Assembly (NCBI GenBank): GCA_002346225.1
Contig: DDYY01000064.1
Span: 6,261 to 70,260, forward strand
DNA: 64,000 nt
From: Bacteroidetes bacterium UBA3022
GTDB taxonomy: Bacteria > Bacteroidota > Bacteroidia > Chitinophagales > BACL12
Direction: 5' to 3'
Under the pieces are notes generated by a model. The model saw only the letters and a list, made by a program, of their open reading frames with translations. It did not search any database and was not told the origin of the DNA. Position numbers and translations under genes: made by a program. Shown piece after piece: positions 27,890-38,300 of the stretch (position 1 is its first letter; each line of letters begins with the position of its first letter).

Positions 27890-27982
27890 TAGCGCGCAAC
27901 GGTCGTGCAGCTAAATTTGTAAAGCAAATGAAAATGGGCCCCCAGGCTCGTGTGTTTGCATGCACACTAAAAGTATCACTTT

Positions 27983-29467
27983 ATGCTCTACAAATCAAAC
28001 ATATGGCTTTTGGCAGGATGTCTGCTGGGCAGCGCTGTTATGAGCTCTGCTGTGGCGCAGGATGCCGGTCAGCCGGTTCGCATTAAAATCAAGGCGAACG
28101 TCAATGGTGAGAAGACGACCATCGACACCGTTGTTCAGGATTACGATGCCTTCGACATGGATGCCTTTCTGCAGGAAAAAGGTCTGGATGATGCTGCCGA
28201 AGGCATCAAGCACATGGATATCCGCATTCAGCAAGGTTCCCAACCGGGAGATATGGTATGGTTGCAGGAGCTGGAAAACAACGCCTTTCTCGATAAATTC
28301 AGCACCAAGGTGGAGCAGATCAGGATCCCGGAAGTGCCGGCGGTTCCACCAACTGCCAATATTATGTTCTTCAACGGCAACAAAGCCTTCCTGGGAATCA
28401 TTACCGGCAACACAAAAGACCGCAAAGGGGTAGTTGTCAAGGAAGTAGTGCCGAACAGTGCCGCCGCTGCAGCAGGTCTGCAGGAAGGCGATATCCTGCT
28501 GAAGGTGAACGACATGACCGTAGAGTCATCGAACAACCTGATTGAGATACTAGGTGCCTTTCAACCCGGAGAAACGGTAGAGCTGAATTACCTGCGCAAT
28601 GGAGCAACTATCAACACCACGGCAGCACTCAAGCAAAATGAAAATTATTTTGAATCGCAGGAGTGGGAAGATTACGGTGAGCGCTGGGAAGAATGGGGAG
28701 AAGCCTTTCAGGAACGTTGGGAGAACTGGGGCGAGCAGATGGAAGCCTACTTCAACGAAGAAAATATGAGGGAAGAAAAAGCCTTCCTGGGTGTATATCT
28801 CGAAGGTGCTGATAATGGTGTGCTGATAACCGGTGTAGCAGAAAACAGCGCCGCATCAGCAGCAGGCCTGCAAAAGGGAGATATCATTACAGGCATAGAC
28901 GGAACCAGGATGACATCGCATGAAGCTGTCGCCGATTATGTACTGAGCAAGAAAGGCGGTGATAATATTAAGATTGAATACATGCGGAAAGGCGCACCCG
29001 GTGTTGCAGAAGCGACATTGCAAACCCGCAAGTCTGAATTCCTTTTCCGTATGGATGACAACATGCCCGCCAATATGTTTTTCATTCACCCGAATGACAG
29101 ATGCCATGGTTATTCTTACGAAATGAACGAAGGTGAGGAGAAGCAAATCACGGTGGAGATAGAACTGCTCGATGAGGAGAATGCCCGCCTGGATAACAAC
29201 AGTATTCCTTTCAAAGCGGAAGATGTATCCTTCTTTCCCAACCCGACCAATGGTGCTTTCAACCTGCAGTTCGATGTGGAAGATGCTGGAGATGTCATCA
29301 TCAATATCCGCGACATCAACGGCGCTCTTGTGTATGAAGAAGTGCTGCGCAATTTTTCAGGTAAGTACGATAAAGTCATTCAACTCGATGCGGCCTCCAA
29401 GGGCAACTATTTCATCAACATCGTGAATGGTGACTACATCGTAACCAAGCAGATTTCGGTTCAATAA
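27983..29467 (+). CDS. Tandem-PDZ protein with T9SS type A sorting domain
   Basis: Signal peptide ending AVA-Q. Two PDZ domains (KAFLGI..SAAAAAGLQEGD; KAFLGV..SAASAAGLQKGD). CTD FPNPTNG..DINGALV..GNYFINI..KQISVQ. Confidence 0.85.
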   Translation: MLYKSNIWLLAGCLLGSAVMSSAVAQDAGQPVRIKIKANVNGEKTTIDTVVQDYDAFDMDAFLQEKGLDDAAEGIKHMDIRIQQGSQPGDMVWLQELENNAFLDKFSTKVEQIRIPEVPAVPPTANIMFFNGNKAFLGIITGNTKDRKGVVVKEVVPNSAAAAAGLQEGDILLKVNDMTVESSNNLIEILGAFQPGETVELNYLRNGATINTTAALKQNENYFESQEWEDYGERWEEWGEAFQERWENWGEQMEAYFNEENMREEKAFLGVYLEGADNGVLITGVAENSAASAAGLQKGDIITGIDGTRMTSHEAVADYVLSKKGGDNIKIEYMRKGAPGVAEATLQTRKSEFLFRMDDNMPANMFFIHPNDRCHGYSYEMNEGEEKQITVEIELLDEENARLDNNSIPFKAEDVSFFPNPTNGAFNLQFDVEDAGDVIINIRDINGALVYEEVLRNFSGKYDKVIQLDAASKGNYFINIVNGDYIVTKQISVQ

Positions 29468-29491
29468 AAGCTTGTTTTCTTTACAATTGGT

Positions 29492-29520
29492 AAAAGGTAG
29501 CCTATTAGGTTACCTTTTTT
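29492..29520. terminator. Bidirectional terminator
   Basis: AAAAGGTAGCCT-ATT-AGGTTACCTTTT between convergent genes. Confidence 0.75.
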
Positions 29521-30172
29521 AATTCCAGCTGCGTCCGTAATCAGCTTCGTCAATGGCAAAAGCACCTTCCGGCTGCGCACCACACAGCCATGCTGTTAAC
29601 CGGTCCACATAATGGTCAAGATGGGTTATTTGCTGCACGCCGTGTTCCACTATTGGATCGAGCGTGGTGGCCAGCAAGGTGCCTCCGTAGGCATCGGTCT
29701 CCCAGGTAATGATTTCACCGGCGCTGTTGCGTTGCAAAATCCGCGCATGATCAGGAACCCGGGTGTAGGCACCATGGGTGTGCCAGCAGGCATGCCGGGG
29801 CATTAAACCCTGATAAACCGGATGGGTAAAATCGGTTGCTGTAACAGGTGGCTGATCCGGATGGGTGACCCACCAGTAGTTGTTGACAGGGCGGTCTTCC
29901 CATACAGCATCGAGCCAGGTAGCACTGCTGTCGCCTTCCACGAAGAGCTTTCCACCTCCGGCAAGAAAATCATACAATTGCTTGCGGCAACTGCCTAATA
30001 CAGCATGATTGCTTTGGAAAGGAATGACCACCGATTTAAATGCAGAAAGATCTGTCGCCGGCAGATCGTGTACATATACCAACTGATAAAAGGAGCTGTA
30101 TTTCGGCGACATGGCGAAACTGTAATGCGACCACACACCATTGAATACCAAGGCTATTTCAGGATTTTTCAT
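29519..30172 (-). CDS. Hypothetical protein, class I GATase/ThuA-like fold suspected (paralog B)
   Basis: DLSAFKSVVIP..NH..FLAGGGKLFV..HPVYQGL..WHTHG..GGTLLATTLDP. Overlaps the upstream gene. Confidence 0.7.
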   Translation of the reverse strand: MKNPEIALVFNGVWSHYSFAMSPKYSSFYQLVYVHDLPATDLSAFKSVVIPFQSNHAVLGSCRKQLYDFLAGGGKLFVEGDSSATWLDAVWEDRPVNNYWWVTHPDQPPVTATDFTHPVYQGLMPRHACWHTHGAYTRVPDHARILQRNSAGEIITWETDAYGGTLLATTLDPIVEHGVQQITHLDHYVDRLTAWLCGAQPEGAFAIDEADYGRSWN

Positions 30173-30803
30173 ATGCGTATTTTTTAGCATGCATAAATTC
30201 CACTATGTTGCGGTAGATGCCGGCTACTGCCTGCATGGATGCATCATCATCCGTAGTAGCATAGGTGCTGTCGGACAAGGGTGCACTTGCACTGAGAATC
30301 ATAGTTCCATTGGTAGAGTGTTCATCCACAATGAGCAGCGGTCTGTGCCATGTGTCTTCCAGCACAACGATAGCTTCGGCTGCCGGCTGAATGTAACCGC
30401 AGGCCCACCATCCACTTATGCCATTGGAAAAGTTCAGACCATCGATATCAATACCCTTCATAAAACCATAAGGATCGCTTACTACTTTGTAACGAACATC
30501 TATGGTGCGTCGGCTATTGTCCATCACCCATCTGTTACCGGGCACCCATGGCGTAAACCAACCATCGAAACAACAGAGTACGCCGCCGGCAGCGAGAAAT
30601 GCCTCCACTGTATCCTTGATGCATTCCATAAAAACGTGGTCACTGCCGTTGGGAACAATCAATACATCGTATTGCGATATATCGAGCTGCACAGGGTACG
30701 CCACGCTGATCCGGTTATATACCATAAAAGCTGAATCGGGATAGAGACCATCCAATCCCTCTATTCCATTGTGAATAACTGCAGCCTTTAATGGTTCATG
30801 CAT
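30159..30803 (-). CDS. Hypothetical protein, class I GATase/ThuA-like fold suspected (paralog A)
   Basis: DISQYDVLIVPNGSDH..FLAAGGVLCCF..GWWACG..NGTMIL. 8-nt overlap with the radical SAM gene. Confidence 0.7.
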   Translation of the reverse strand: MHEPLKAAVIHNGIEGLDGLYPDSAFMVYNRISVAYPVQLDISQYDVLIVPNGSDHVFMECIKDTVEAFLAAGGVLCCFDGWFTPWVPGNRWVMDNSRRTIDVRYKVVSDPYGFMKGIDIDGLNFSNGISGWWACGYIQPAAEAIVVLEDTWHRPLLIVDEHSTNGTMILSASAPLSDSTYATTDDDASMQAVAGIYRNIVEFMHAKKYAYEKS

Positions 30804-31737
30804 GCTGTATCACATTTAAAGGAATGAAATCCGTAGGATTGAGGTGGTTTTCGAAGAATTCATCGCACCACAGACAAACATTTTTCAATACCTCAGTACG
30901 CTCCTTCGCATAAGCTTCTGTTACCCCCATCGATTCTCCCATCTTCCAGGGATCCCCTTCATTCAGGCGTTGAAAAACCGGATTATCAGCAACCCTTTCC
31001 AACACCTCCGATACCCGCTCTTTGCGTGCATCGCCCAGCGGGTACAAGGTTCCCGGACAACAAGGATTGATCTTCCACAATTGAATGCTAATTTCCTGGG
31101 GCACCTCCTCCACTCCACCAAGGAAACCGATGGCACCACTCAGAATAGAACAAAAATTATGTTGCGGGTTGCGCATCCAGATATCCTTTTCCATAGCCCT
31201 GCCGCGTGCCCAGTTACCCCCCAGCCACATTTCCTCGTTAGCTCCCCAGAAGCCAAAACTGGCAGACTCTTTATGCAGGTAAGTTTCTTTTTCTACCAGC
31301 GGTTTGGTGTTATCGTCGGTCATACCCCTACTGGTAAACATAGCGCGCAACTGGTCCATGCGTTTGCCGGCGTGCTTATGGTAACGGTCAATACTGGCAA
31401 TATCAATACGCGTCACTCCTTTTTCCAGAATGGTATCGAGTATTTCTTCCGTCATCAAATCGCCATTGGTCTGCAACATGATCTGCGCACTACCCTTGTA
31501 CTTTTCCTGCAAGGCATCCAGCACCAGCCATAACTGCTTGCGCTCCGCCAGTGGCTCTCCACCACTCAGAATCAGTCGGTCCACCTGTTGGGGCAGGTTA
31601 TCGATAATAGCGAGACATTCTTCGTTGCTCATTCGCTTACCCCGGGGTCCGCTGAGGTTATAACAATGGTCGCATTCATCGTTACACAACTGTGTAAACA
31701 CCCAGTATACGGAAGCGATATGTTCGTAATTACTCAT
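30796..31737 (-). CDS. Radical SAM enzyme with twitch-like auxiliary Cys set
   Basis: CNDECDHC (CxxxCxxC), SGGEP, QTNG, SIDRYH, RGRA. Extra Cys at 196, 226/227, 288 and 291. Confidence 0.92.
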   Translation of the reverse strand: MSNYEHIASVYWVFTQLCNDECDHCYNLSGPRGKRMSNEECLAIIDNLPQQVDRLILSGGEPLAERKQLWLVLDALQEKYKGSAQIMLQTNGDLMTEEILDTILEKGVTRIDIASIDRYHKHAGKRMDQLRAMFTSRGMTDDNTKPLVEKETYLHKESASFGFWGANEEMWLGGNWARGRAMEKDIWMRNPQHNFCSILSGAIGFLGGVEEVPQEISIQLWKINPCCPGTLYPLGDARKERVSEVLERVADNPVFQRLNEGDPWKMGESMGVTEAYAKERTEVLKNVCLWCDEFFENHLNPTDFIPLNVIQHA

Positions 31738-32462
31738 ATATTATTATTCATGTACTGTTTCCAAAAGGCCAGCTCACTGGCACCGCCTGTTCGGGGATCA
31801 GCAAGAAAGGCAGCGGGGGAATCATAAAAATACAACTCTCCTTCTTCCATGTAAGCTGTTTCATTACCCACCAGTATAGCCTCTTTGAGGTCATGTGTTA
31901 CTAACAAGGAGGTGGTTTGGTAAGTTCGGGTAAGTTGGAGGAACAGCTCCTGCATTTGCTGACGGGTGTCAGTGTCCAGATTGCCAAAAGGTTCATCGAG
32001 CAACAACACTGATGGTTGGGTAATGATGGCCCTTCCAAAACTGACTCTTTGCCTTTGGCCGCCTGAAAGTTGATCGGGCCATTTATCTGCATGGTCCTGC
32101 AGCCCAAGTTGTTCCAACATGGTGCTTACTTCCTTTTGAATCTGTTGAACAGAAATACTCCGTATTTTCAGGCCAAAAGCAATATTCTGGCGCACCGTCA
32201 AATGCGGAAACAGGAGCGGTTCCTGGTTCATGTAAACAGCATTCCGCAAATGCGTGGGCACACCTTCCATGTCTTTTCCATCGAGCAGGACTTTTCCATT
32301 ATCCGGTGAAATCAGTCCGGCTACAATGCGCAACAGTGTTGTTTTTCCGCAACCACTTCTTCCCAGCACTGCCAGGGTTTTCCCTTGTTCCACAATCAGA
32401 TTGATATTGCGGAGTATGGGCTGCTGGCCATACGATTTCGCCAGATTCCTTACCTCCATCAT
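31734..32462 (-). CDS. ABC transporter ATP-binding protein (PotA/ThiQ/YnjD-like)
   Basis: GRSGCGKTT, LSGGQRQR, LLLDEPF, VTHD. Confidence 0.95.
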   Translation of the reverse strand: MMEVRNLAKSYGQQPILRNINLIVEQGKTLAVLGRSGCGKTTLLRIVAGLISPDNGKVLLDGKDMEGVPTHLRNAVYMNQEPLLFPHLTVRQNIAFGLKIRSISVQQIQKEVSTMLEQLGLQDHADKWPDQLSGGQRQRVSFGRAIITQPSVLLLDEPFGNLDTDTRQQMQELFLQLTRTYQTTSLLVTHDLKEAILVGNETAYMEEGELYFYDSPAAFLADPRTGGASELAFWKQYMNNNI

Positions 32463-33235
32463 ACGCCTAAGGGTTTAAACACATACTGCCTGTTGAACCA
32501 CAGCAATAAGGCCGGTGGGAGAATCAAAAGGGTGGCTGCCAGCGCCGCCAGCGAAGGGCTTGCCTCCTGAACATATAGATATACCTTTAATGTCAATGTC
32601 TGGACCTGCCCGGCACCGATTACACTGGTGAGACCATATTCGAACCAGGAAATGATGAAGGTCTGAAAAAAGCACACCAGCAGAAATGGTCTCGCGTAAG
32701 GCAGCACCACCTGTGTGAAAGTTTGATATGGAGTACTGCCAAGTGTCGCAGCCAGTTGTTCCATATGCATAACCCGGGGCGTCCAGAATGCGGTGAAATA
32801 TATGATACTGAAAGGTATGGCAATGAGCAGCTGGGCAATCATTACACCACCTACAGTTCCGGATATACCTGCTACATTAAAATAGAAGGCCAAGATGGTG
32901 GCGAATAAAACCGGCGATATGGTAACCGGCAGTAAGCTCCAGAAGATGCCCTGTTTTCTGCGGCTGCCAAAACTCACCGTCCTTGCCAATCCAAAACCGA
33001 CTGCCGTACTGAGGGTGGCGGTAGTAGTAGCAATGGCCAGACTCAGCAAAAAGCTGTGGCGTACATCCTGTTGTCCGCTGAAAAACAATTTCCATTGCTG
33101 TACATCCAGCACACCGGGTAATATATTCGGATAATTCCAATCTGAAAAAAAGCTCATAAGCGGAAGCCATACAAAGGGAAACACTGCTATTACAACAGAT
33201 GCCACCAACACTATATGGAAGTTCTTACGAGGCAT
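32459..33235 (-). CDS. ABC transporter permease (YnjC C-half/PotC-like)
   Basis: Six TM segments. EAA-like EQLAATLGSTPYQTF..VVLP; IGAGQVQTL. Confidence 0.88.
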   Translation of the reverse strand: MPRKNFHIVLVASVVIAVFPFVWLPLMSFFSDWNYPNILPGVLDVQQWKLFFSGQQDVRHSFLLSLAIATTTATLSTAVGFGLARTVSFGSRRKQGIFWSLLPVTISPVLFATILAFYFNVAGISGTVGGVMIAQLLIAIPFSIIYFTAFWTPRVMHMEQLAATLGSTPYQTFTQVVLPYARPFLLVCFFQTFIISWFEYGLTSVIGAGQVQTLTLKVYLYVQEASPSLAALAATLLILPPALLLWFNRQYVFKPLGV

Positions 33236-34088
33236 ACAGGCGGGTACGTTTTAAGACAAAGAGGTTGATAGCAATCACTGATAGCAGGTAAATGAGCAGC
33301 ATAGCATGCGCCTCCGGTTTATCGGTGAGGTCGAAACGAAACATTTTATCGGCAATCAGCGGCGACAACATACGTGGATCAGAAACACCCAGCAGCAGCG
33401 GTATCTCATAGGACCCCATGACGAAAATCAGGAACATGACAATCGATGCCATGGCCCGCTTCAGCAGAAGCGGAATTACAATTACACGCAGTGTCTGCCT
33501 TCTTGTGCTGCCGAGGTTGTTGCTCACCTGCTCCAGGTCTGCGACGTTTTCCGACAGGTAAATGTTGTTGAACAAGACTGTAAAATACGGAATGGCCAAA
33601 ATGATATGTGTAATAACAATCCCAATGGCCAAGGAATCATTCACCAGAGAAGGAAATTGCGCAGCGCTTTCGGAAAGTCCCCAGGCATAACTTACCCTGC
33701 TGAGAAGTCCCGATGGTGCCAGCATCTGATAGGTAAAGAAAGCTGCCACTACAGCAGGAATGCCCAGCGGTAAAAATAAAAGGTAGGCAGTTGTCTTCTG
33801 CTGCAAAGCAGCCTTATGGCGCAGACTCAGGTACAGCGCTGCAGTTAAGCTGATACCCATGGCCGACAAAGCAATGGCAAGGCTGTACAGGAGAGATATC
33901 CATATATTGCCGTCGGTCACTACCTGCTGCCAATAGGTCAGTGTCCATCCCTGTGATAGGAGACCTGTCAATCCCAGACTGTAAAGCAGGGAATAGGCCG
34001 CACTGATCATTATAGGAACTACAATGATGCATAGGAACAGCGCTATGGACAATTTACTTTTCAATAATCTCTTTTCTGAAGTCGTCAA
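33225..34088 (-). CDS. ABC transporter permease (YnjC N-half/PotB-like)
   Basis: Six TM segments. LAPSGLLSR, EQVSNNLGSTRRQ, GSYEIPLLLG. Confidence 0.88.
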   Translation of the reverse strand: MTTSEKRLLKSKLSIALFLCIIVVPIMISAAYSLLYSLGLTGLLSQGWTLTYWQQVVTDGNIWISLLYSLAIALSAMGISLTAALYLSLRHKAALQQKTTAYLLFLPLGIPAVVAAFFTYQMLAPSGLLSRVSYAWGLSESAAQFPSLVNDSLAIGIVITHIILAIPYFTVLFNNIYLSENVADLEQVSNNLGSTRRQTLRVIVIPLLLKRAMASIVMFLIFVMGSYEIPLLLGVSDPRMLSPLIADKMFRFDLTDKPEAHAMLLIYLLSVIAINLFVLKRTRLYAS

Positions 34089-35256
34089 ATAAGCGAATCA
34101 TGTATTCCGGTGCCAGCTCCATGAGCGCCAGGCTATCGATAGCAGAACGTTGTGGTGCATAGGTTCTGCCGGGAACGTTATTAAATTTCTCCTGCCACTC
34201 TTCGGGCAATCTGTTCCTGTCTAACACCGTTCCATCTCCCCACACGGCAGGTTGCAGCTTGTGGTATTGTGCTTCCGGACTCAACAGAAAATTGATGACC
34301 AGCATAGCTCCTGCTTTATTCGGAGCACCCTGAGCAATGCCCATATAATGCGCGTTCTGAATGGTACCGGAGCTGAACACGAATGCCCGGGCTGTCGGCG
34401 GTAGCAGCTGTTGCAAAACTTTGTTGTCTACTTCTCCGTCGTTATTGCTCATGCTGAAATGAATTTCACCATTTGCGAGCAGTTTGTGCATGGTGGCAGG
34501 ACCATCGGGAAACGTCTTCCCGCCTTTCCACATATAGGGCTGCAGACTGCGCACATACTCCCAAAGCAATGCCGATGCTTTCCTGTATCGCTCCTCCGAG
34601 AAAGGACCATCGAGCGCATCGCCACCACCGGCCAGCGCTATGAGCCAGGCTTTGAGCAAAGTCATGCCGGTGAAATCGTTGGGGATGGTAAAAGTACCGG
34701 GATTTTCCTGCACATATTGCTGCAGGGCTTCCATGGTCAAGGGAGGCTGTGGCGTCAACAGGGAATCGTAAATAATCGCCATTTGCACATTCCCCCAGGG
34801 GCATTCATACCCTTCAATGGGTTGCTGAAAATCAATACCTATGAAGGGATTGTTCCAGTCTACCAGTGCTGCATTCGGCAAGCGGTCGGTGAAAGGCCCA
34901 TACAAGCCGTCTATCTGTCGTAGCTGATAAAAGGTCTCGCCGTTAATCCACATCATGTCGATGGCAGAGCTGCGCTTACCTGCTTCCTTTTCGGTCATCA
35001 ACAGCGATACAATCTGATTGCCCTGACCGCCGGCCACCTGCAGATCAATATTGTATAATTCCTTTACCCTTGGCTTTACAAATTGCTGGATGTAACTATT
35101 GATGAAAGGATCGCCCTGCCACATCATCAGGTGCACCGTGGTATTGCTACCCGCTGCCACCATCTCTTCCCAGGTTGAGGGGACCGGGGCAGCATCCTGT
35201 TGGCGGCAAGCAGCTACCAACAAGAATAGTCCAAAGATTAAAATATATTTTTTCAT
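34054..35256 (-). CDS. ABC substrate-binding lipoprotein (YnjB-like)
   Basis: Lipobox LVAAC. WQGDPFINSY, DMMWINGETF, PWGNVQ, DFTGMTLLK, INFLLSPEAQ..K..PAVWGD motifs recalled as typical of the YnjB family. Confidence 0.85.
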   Translation of the reverse strand: MKKYILIFGLFLLVAACRQQDAAPVPSTWEEMVAAGSNTTVHLMMWQGDPFINSYIQQFVKPRVKELYNIDLQVAGGQGNQIVSLLMTEKEAGKRSSAIDMMWINGETFYQLRQIDGLYGPFTDRLPNAALVDWNNPFIGIDFQQPIEGYECPWGNVQMAIIYDSLLTPQPPLTMEALQQYVQENPGTFTIPNDFTGMTLLKAWLIALAGGGDALDGPFSEERYRKASALLWEYVRSLQPYMWKGGKTFPDGPATMHKLLANGEIHFSMSNNDGEVDNKVLQQLLPPTARAFVFSSGTIQNAHYMGIAQGAPNKAGAMLVINFLLSPEAQYHKLQPAVWGDGTVLDRNRLPEEWQEKFNNVPGRTYAPQRSAIDSLALMELAPEYMIRLFDDFRKEIIEK

Positions 35257-35303
35257 ATTCATATAAAGTGCAGTAGCAACCGGAGCTGCTACTGCTAATA
35301 TCA

Positions 35304-38300
35304 TCAGAAATAGTAACGCGCACCAAACTGAAACTGACGGGGCGGAGCGGCATTTCTGCGCACCAGCACACCCGAGCTGGCAGGACCCACCTGAATCTGG
35401 TTACTTTGGGTAGCGTTGTTAAAATAGCCACTCAGGTTCTCGGCATTCAACAGGTTGAATACATCTGCCCTGATTTCAAAGTGCCCGCCGCCTTTCATGT
35501 TGAAGGTATATTGCGCTGCCAGATCGATGGTGTTGTTCCAGGGCAGGCGATCGCTGTTGCGCGTTTCACCCGGAGAACGATCGGTGATACCGGTGTACTG
35601 ACCCGTGAATGCATTGGTAGATAAGTCACCGTTCAGGTCGATGGTGCCGTACAATGCAGCATCGGGAATGCGATTGATCGGCATACCACTTTGCACCAAT
35701 CCGGCAAAGGTAAATTGCCATCCTTCCCAGGGAAACAAGTTGAAGATGGTGTTGAATACGTGGGTACGGTCGTTGATACTGGGCCCCCATTCATCTTCAA
35801 ATCTGTTGGCATCCATTGCGCGGAAGTTGATATCCTCCGTATTGTTTTCATTCCTGCTCAGGGTATAGATAAACCTCCAGGAATAGTTATCATCGCTGCG
35901 GTCTTTCTGAAGGTTCAGGCTGATACCGAAGAACCTGCTCTCACCGGCAGTTTCTGTCATCACCACATTGCGTGCTACGCCGTATACCGTATCTCCGTCA
36001 ATAATGGCATAAGAACCTTCGTAGATGGCTACGGGTCTGGTGAGGTCTGCTGCAGCAGGGTCCCTTACATCGCTGGCAGTGAAGGCCGGGCCGGGATAAA
36101 ACGGTGCAGGTGCATTCACATCGCGCAGGCGGTACAGGAAGTTGGTCTTATTATAAAAACCATCTATATAAAATAACTTATCTTCTGAAAGTTGAACCTG
36201 GTAGCCCAGCGAAAACTGATGGGTTTGCGGATTCTGAAATCCATTGGGATTGAGGATGCGTCTTTCCGCACTGAATACCTGATCGCGCTGTGCTTGCAGT
36301 TCCGCAGCAGAAGGACCGTTGAGATAAGGCACACCTGCTGCAAATGCAGAGAGCGTTCCTTCGAAAGTAATGAGATCCAGATTGGTATTTTCAGGCAAAG
36401 CTCCCTGATCGATGAGTGCCTGCAGTTGTCTGCGGTAGTCAGCACTGTTGGTATTCTGTTGGAGTGCATCGCTGTAAACCGCATACAGTATCTTGTCGTA
36501 TACCATCGCGTAACCCCCGCGGAGAACGCTTCTGTTGTTGAGCTTGTAGTTGAAGCTGGCCCTTGGCGCCAGGTTGTTGAGGTCACCCTGTTCACTGCCA
36601 CCTTTTGATAAATCGTCGTAGTCGTAGCGCAGACCGAAAGTGAGATTGAGCCGGTTGTTGACGGAATACTGATCCTCGGCATATATGCTGATGATATTCT
36701 GGCGGGTGCCGAATGTAGCCGGACGCAGTTCCACTGAATAGCCTGTCACCAGGGCATCTGCCGGTATATCGTTCACATCCAGCGCAGTGCCGAACTGGGC
36801 AATGTCGTTGAACTGTGCACTGCTTAAGAGTACGGAGTAATTCCCATCGGGATTGCCACCTGCTGCCAGCTGAAAGTCGGAACTGATGAATTCTACCCCG
36901 GTCTTAATGGTGTGGTTACCCCTGTAAAAATTCAGCTTTTGTTGCAGTTGAATTGTATTCTCCAGATCATCGAAATAGTAGCCTGGATGTCCGAGTATCG
37001 CAATCGGACCGGGTGTTATGCTGTCGAACACTGTTACACTGGGGCCGGCACCGTTAACGGGATCGGCATAGTTCCAGCGGAAGCGGCTGTATTGCACATT
37101 TGTTTCACTGGAGAAAGCCGCACCCACATAGCTGTTTTTACTGGCAATGATAAAGGCATTGCGTTGCTGGGTATTGGCAGCCGATGGAAATGCTACTCCG
37201 CCTTCCAGTCCGCCTCCTTGTCTTTCAATACCAGTCAGACCGAGGTTGGCACGTAGGGAAGAGCAAAAGCGGTTGCTCCATCGGTGGTCAATTTTACCGC
37301 TGACATAAGTGAATGTGTTTTGACCCGGTACCGATGCCAGCAGGTTCAGCCGATCTACATCCAGCAGGTTTTCTTTAAAATCGAAGGTCTGCTCCACATT
37401 CACATAGTAAAATGTTTTATCTTTTGTAATGGCGCCGCCGAAACCAATTCCAAACTGCTGGCGCATGAAAGTATTGTTTACCTGGTTACCGGAAAGGTCG
37501 CGCTGGGTATAGGGTGAAGCTCCTGTAAAGAGCGTATCGATAGCTGCTCCCGGCCGGGTAACATAGAAGGCCTCTGCGCTGAAATCATTAGAACCGCTGC
37601 GGGTAGTAATGTCGATGACACCATTTCCTGTGAGCCCATACTCCGTGCTGTAATTATTGGTCAACACCGTAACGTTGCGGGCGAAGCCCACCGGAATGGC
37701 AAACTTTTGTCCCCCCAGGAAACGTTCGTTGTTATCGAAGCCATCGATGGTATAGTTGGTGTACAAAGAGTTGGCGCCCATGATACTCACGCTAGGGGCC
37801 TCGGGATAAAAACCTGTTGCCTGCACTACATTCGGCAGTCGGAAAAGTACGCGGGTGATGTCCCTGCCTTCCACCGGAATCTGCTGAATTTCTTTCAGGT
37901 TTAATTCTGAAGCCACTTCCGCATTGATGGTGTTGATGCGGGTGGTGCTTTTGGCAGAAATGGCGACCTCTTCGAGCGTAGTTTCCGAAATACGGGCCAT
38001 CGTCAATTGCACACTCGCCTTTTCATTGTTTTTCAGTTCAATATTGCTGGCGGAAGCCGGATAGTAAGCTGCATTGCCGACCGTTTGCACATTGTACAAA
38101 CCGTTGGTGGGCAATCCCTTGAAACGCACTTTACCCTGATCGTCCGTAAGCCCCTGATCGGTGAAACCTATCTGGATATTTTCAATGTTTACGGTAATTC
38201 CCTCCAGGGGTTCCGCCGATGCCAGATCCGTAACACTCACCACCAGATCGACCTGGGCAGATAATAAAGAAATAAATAATATACTTATTGTAGTTAATAT

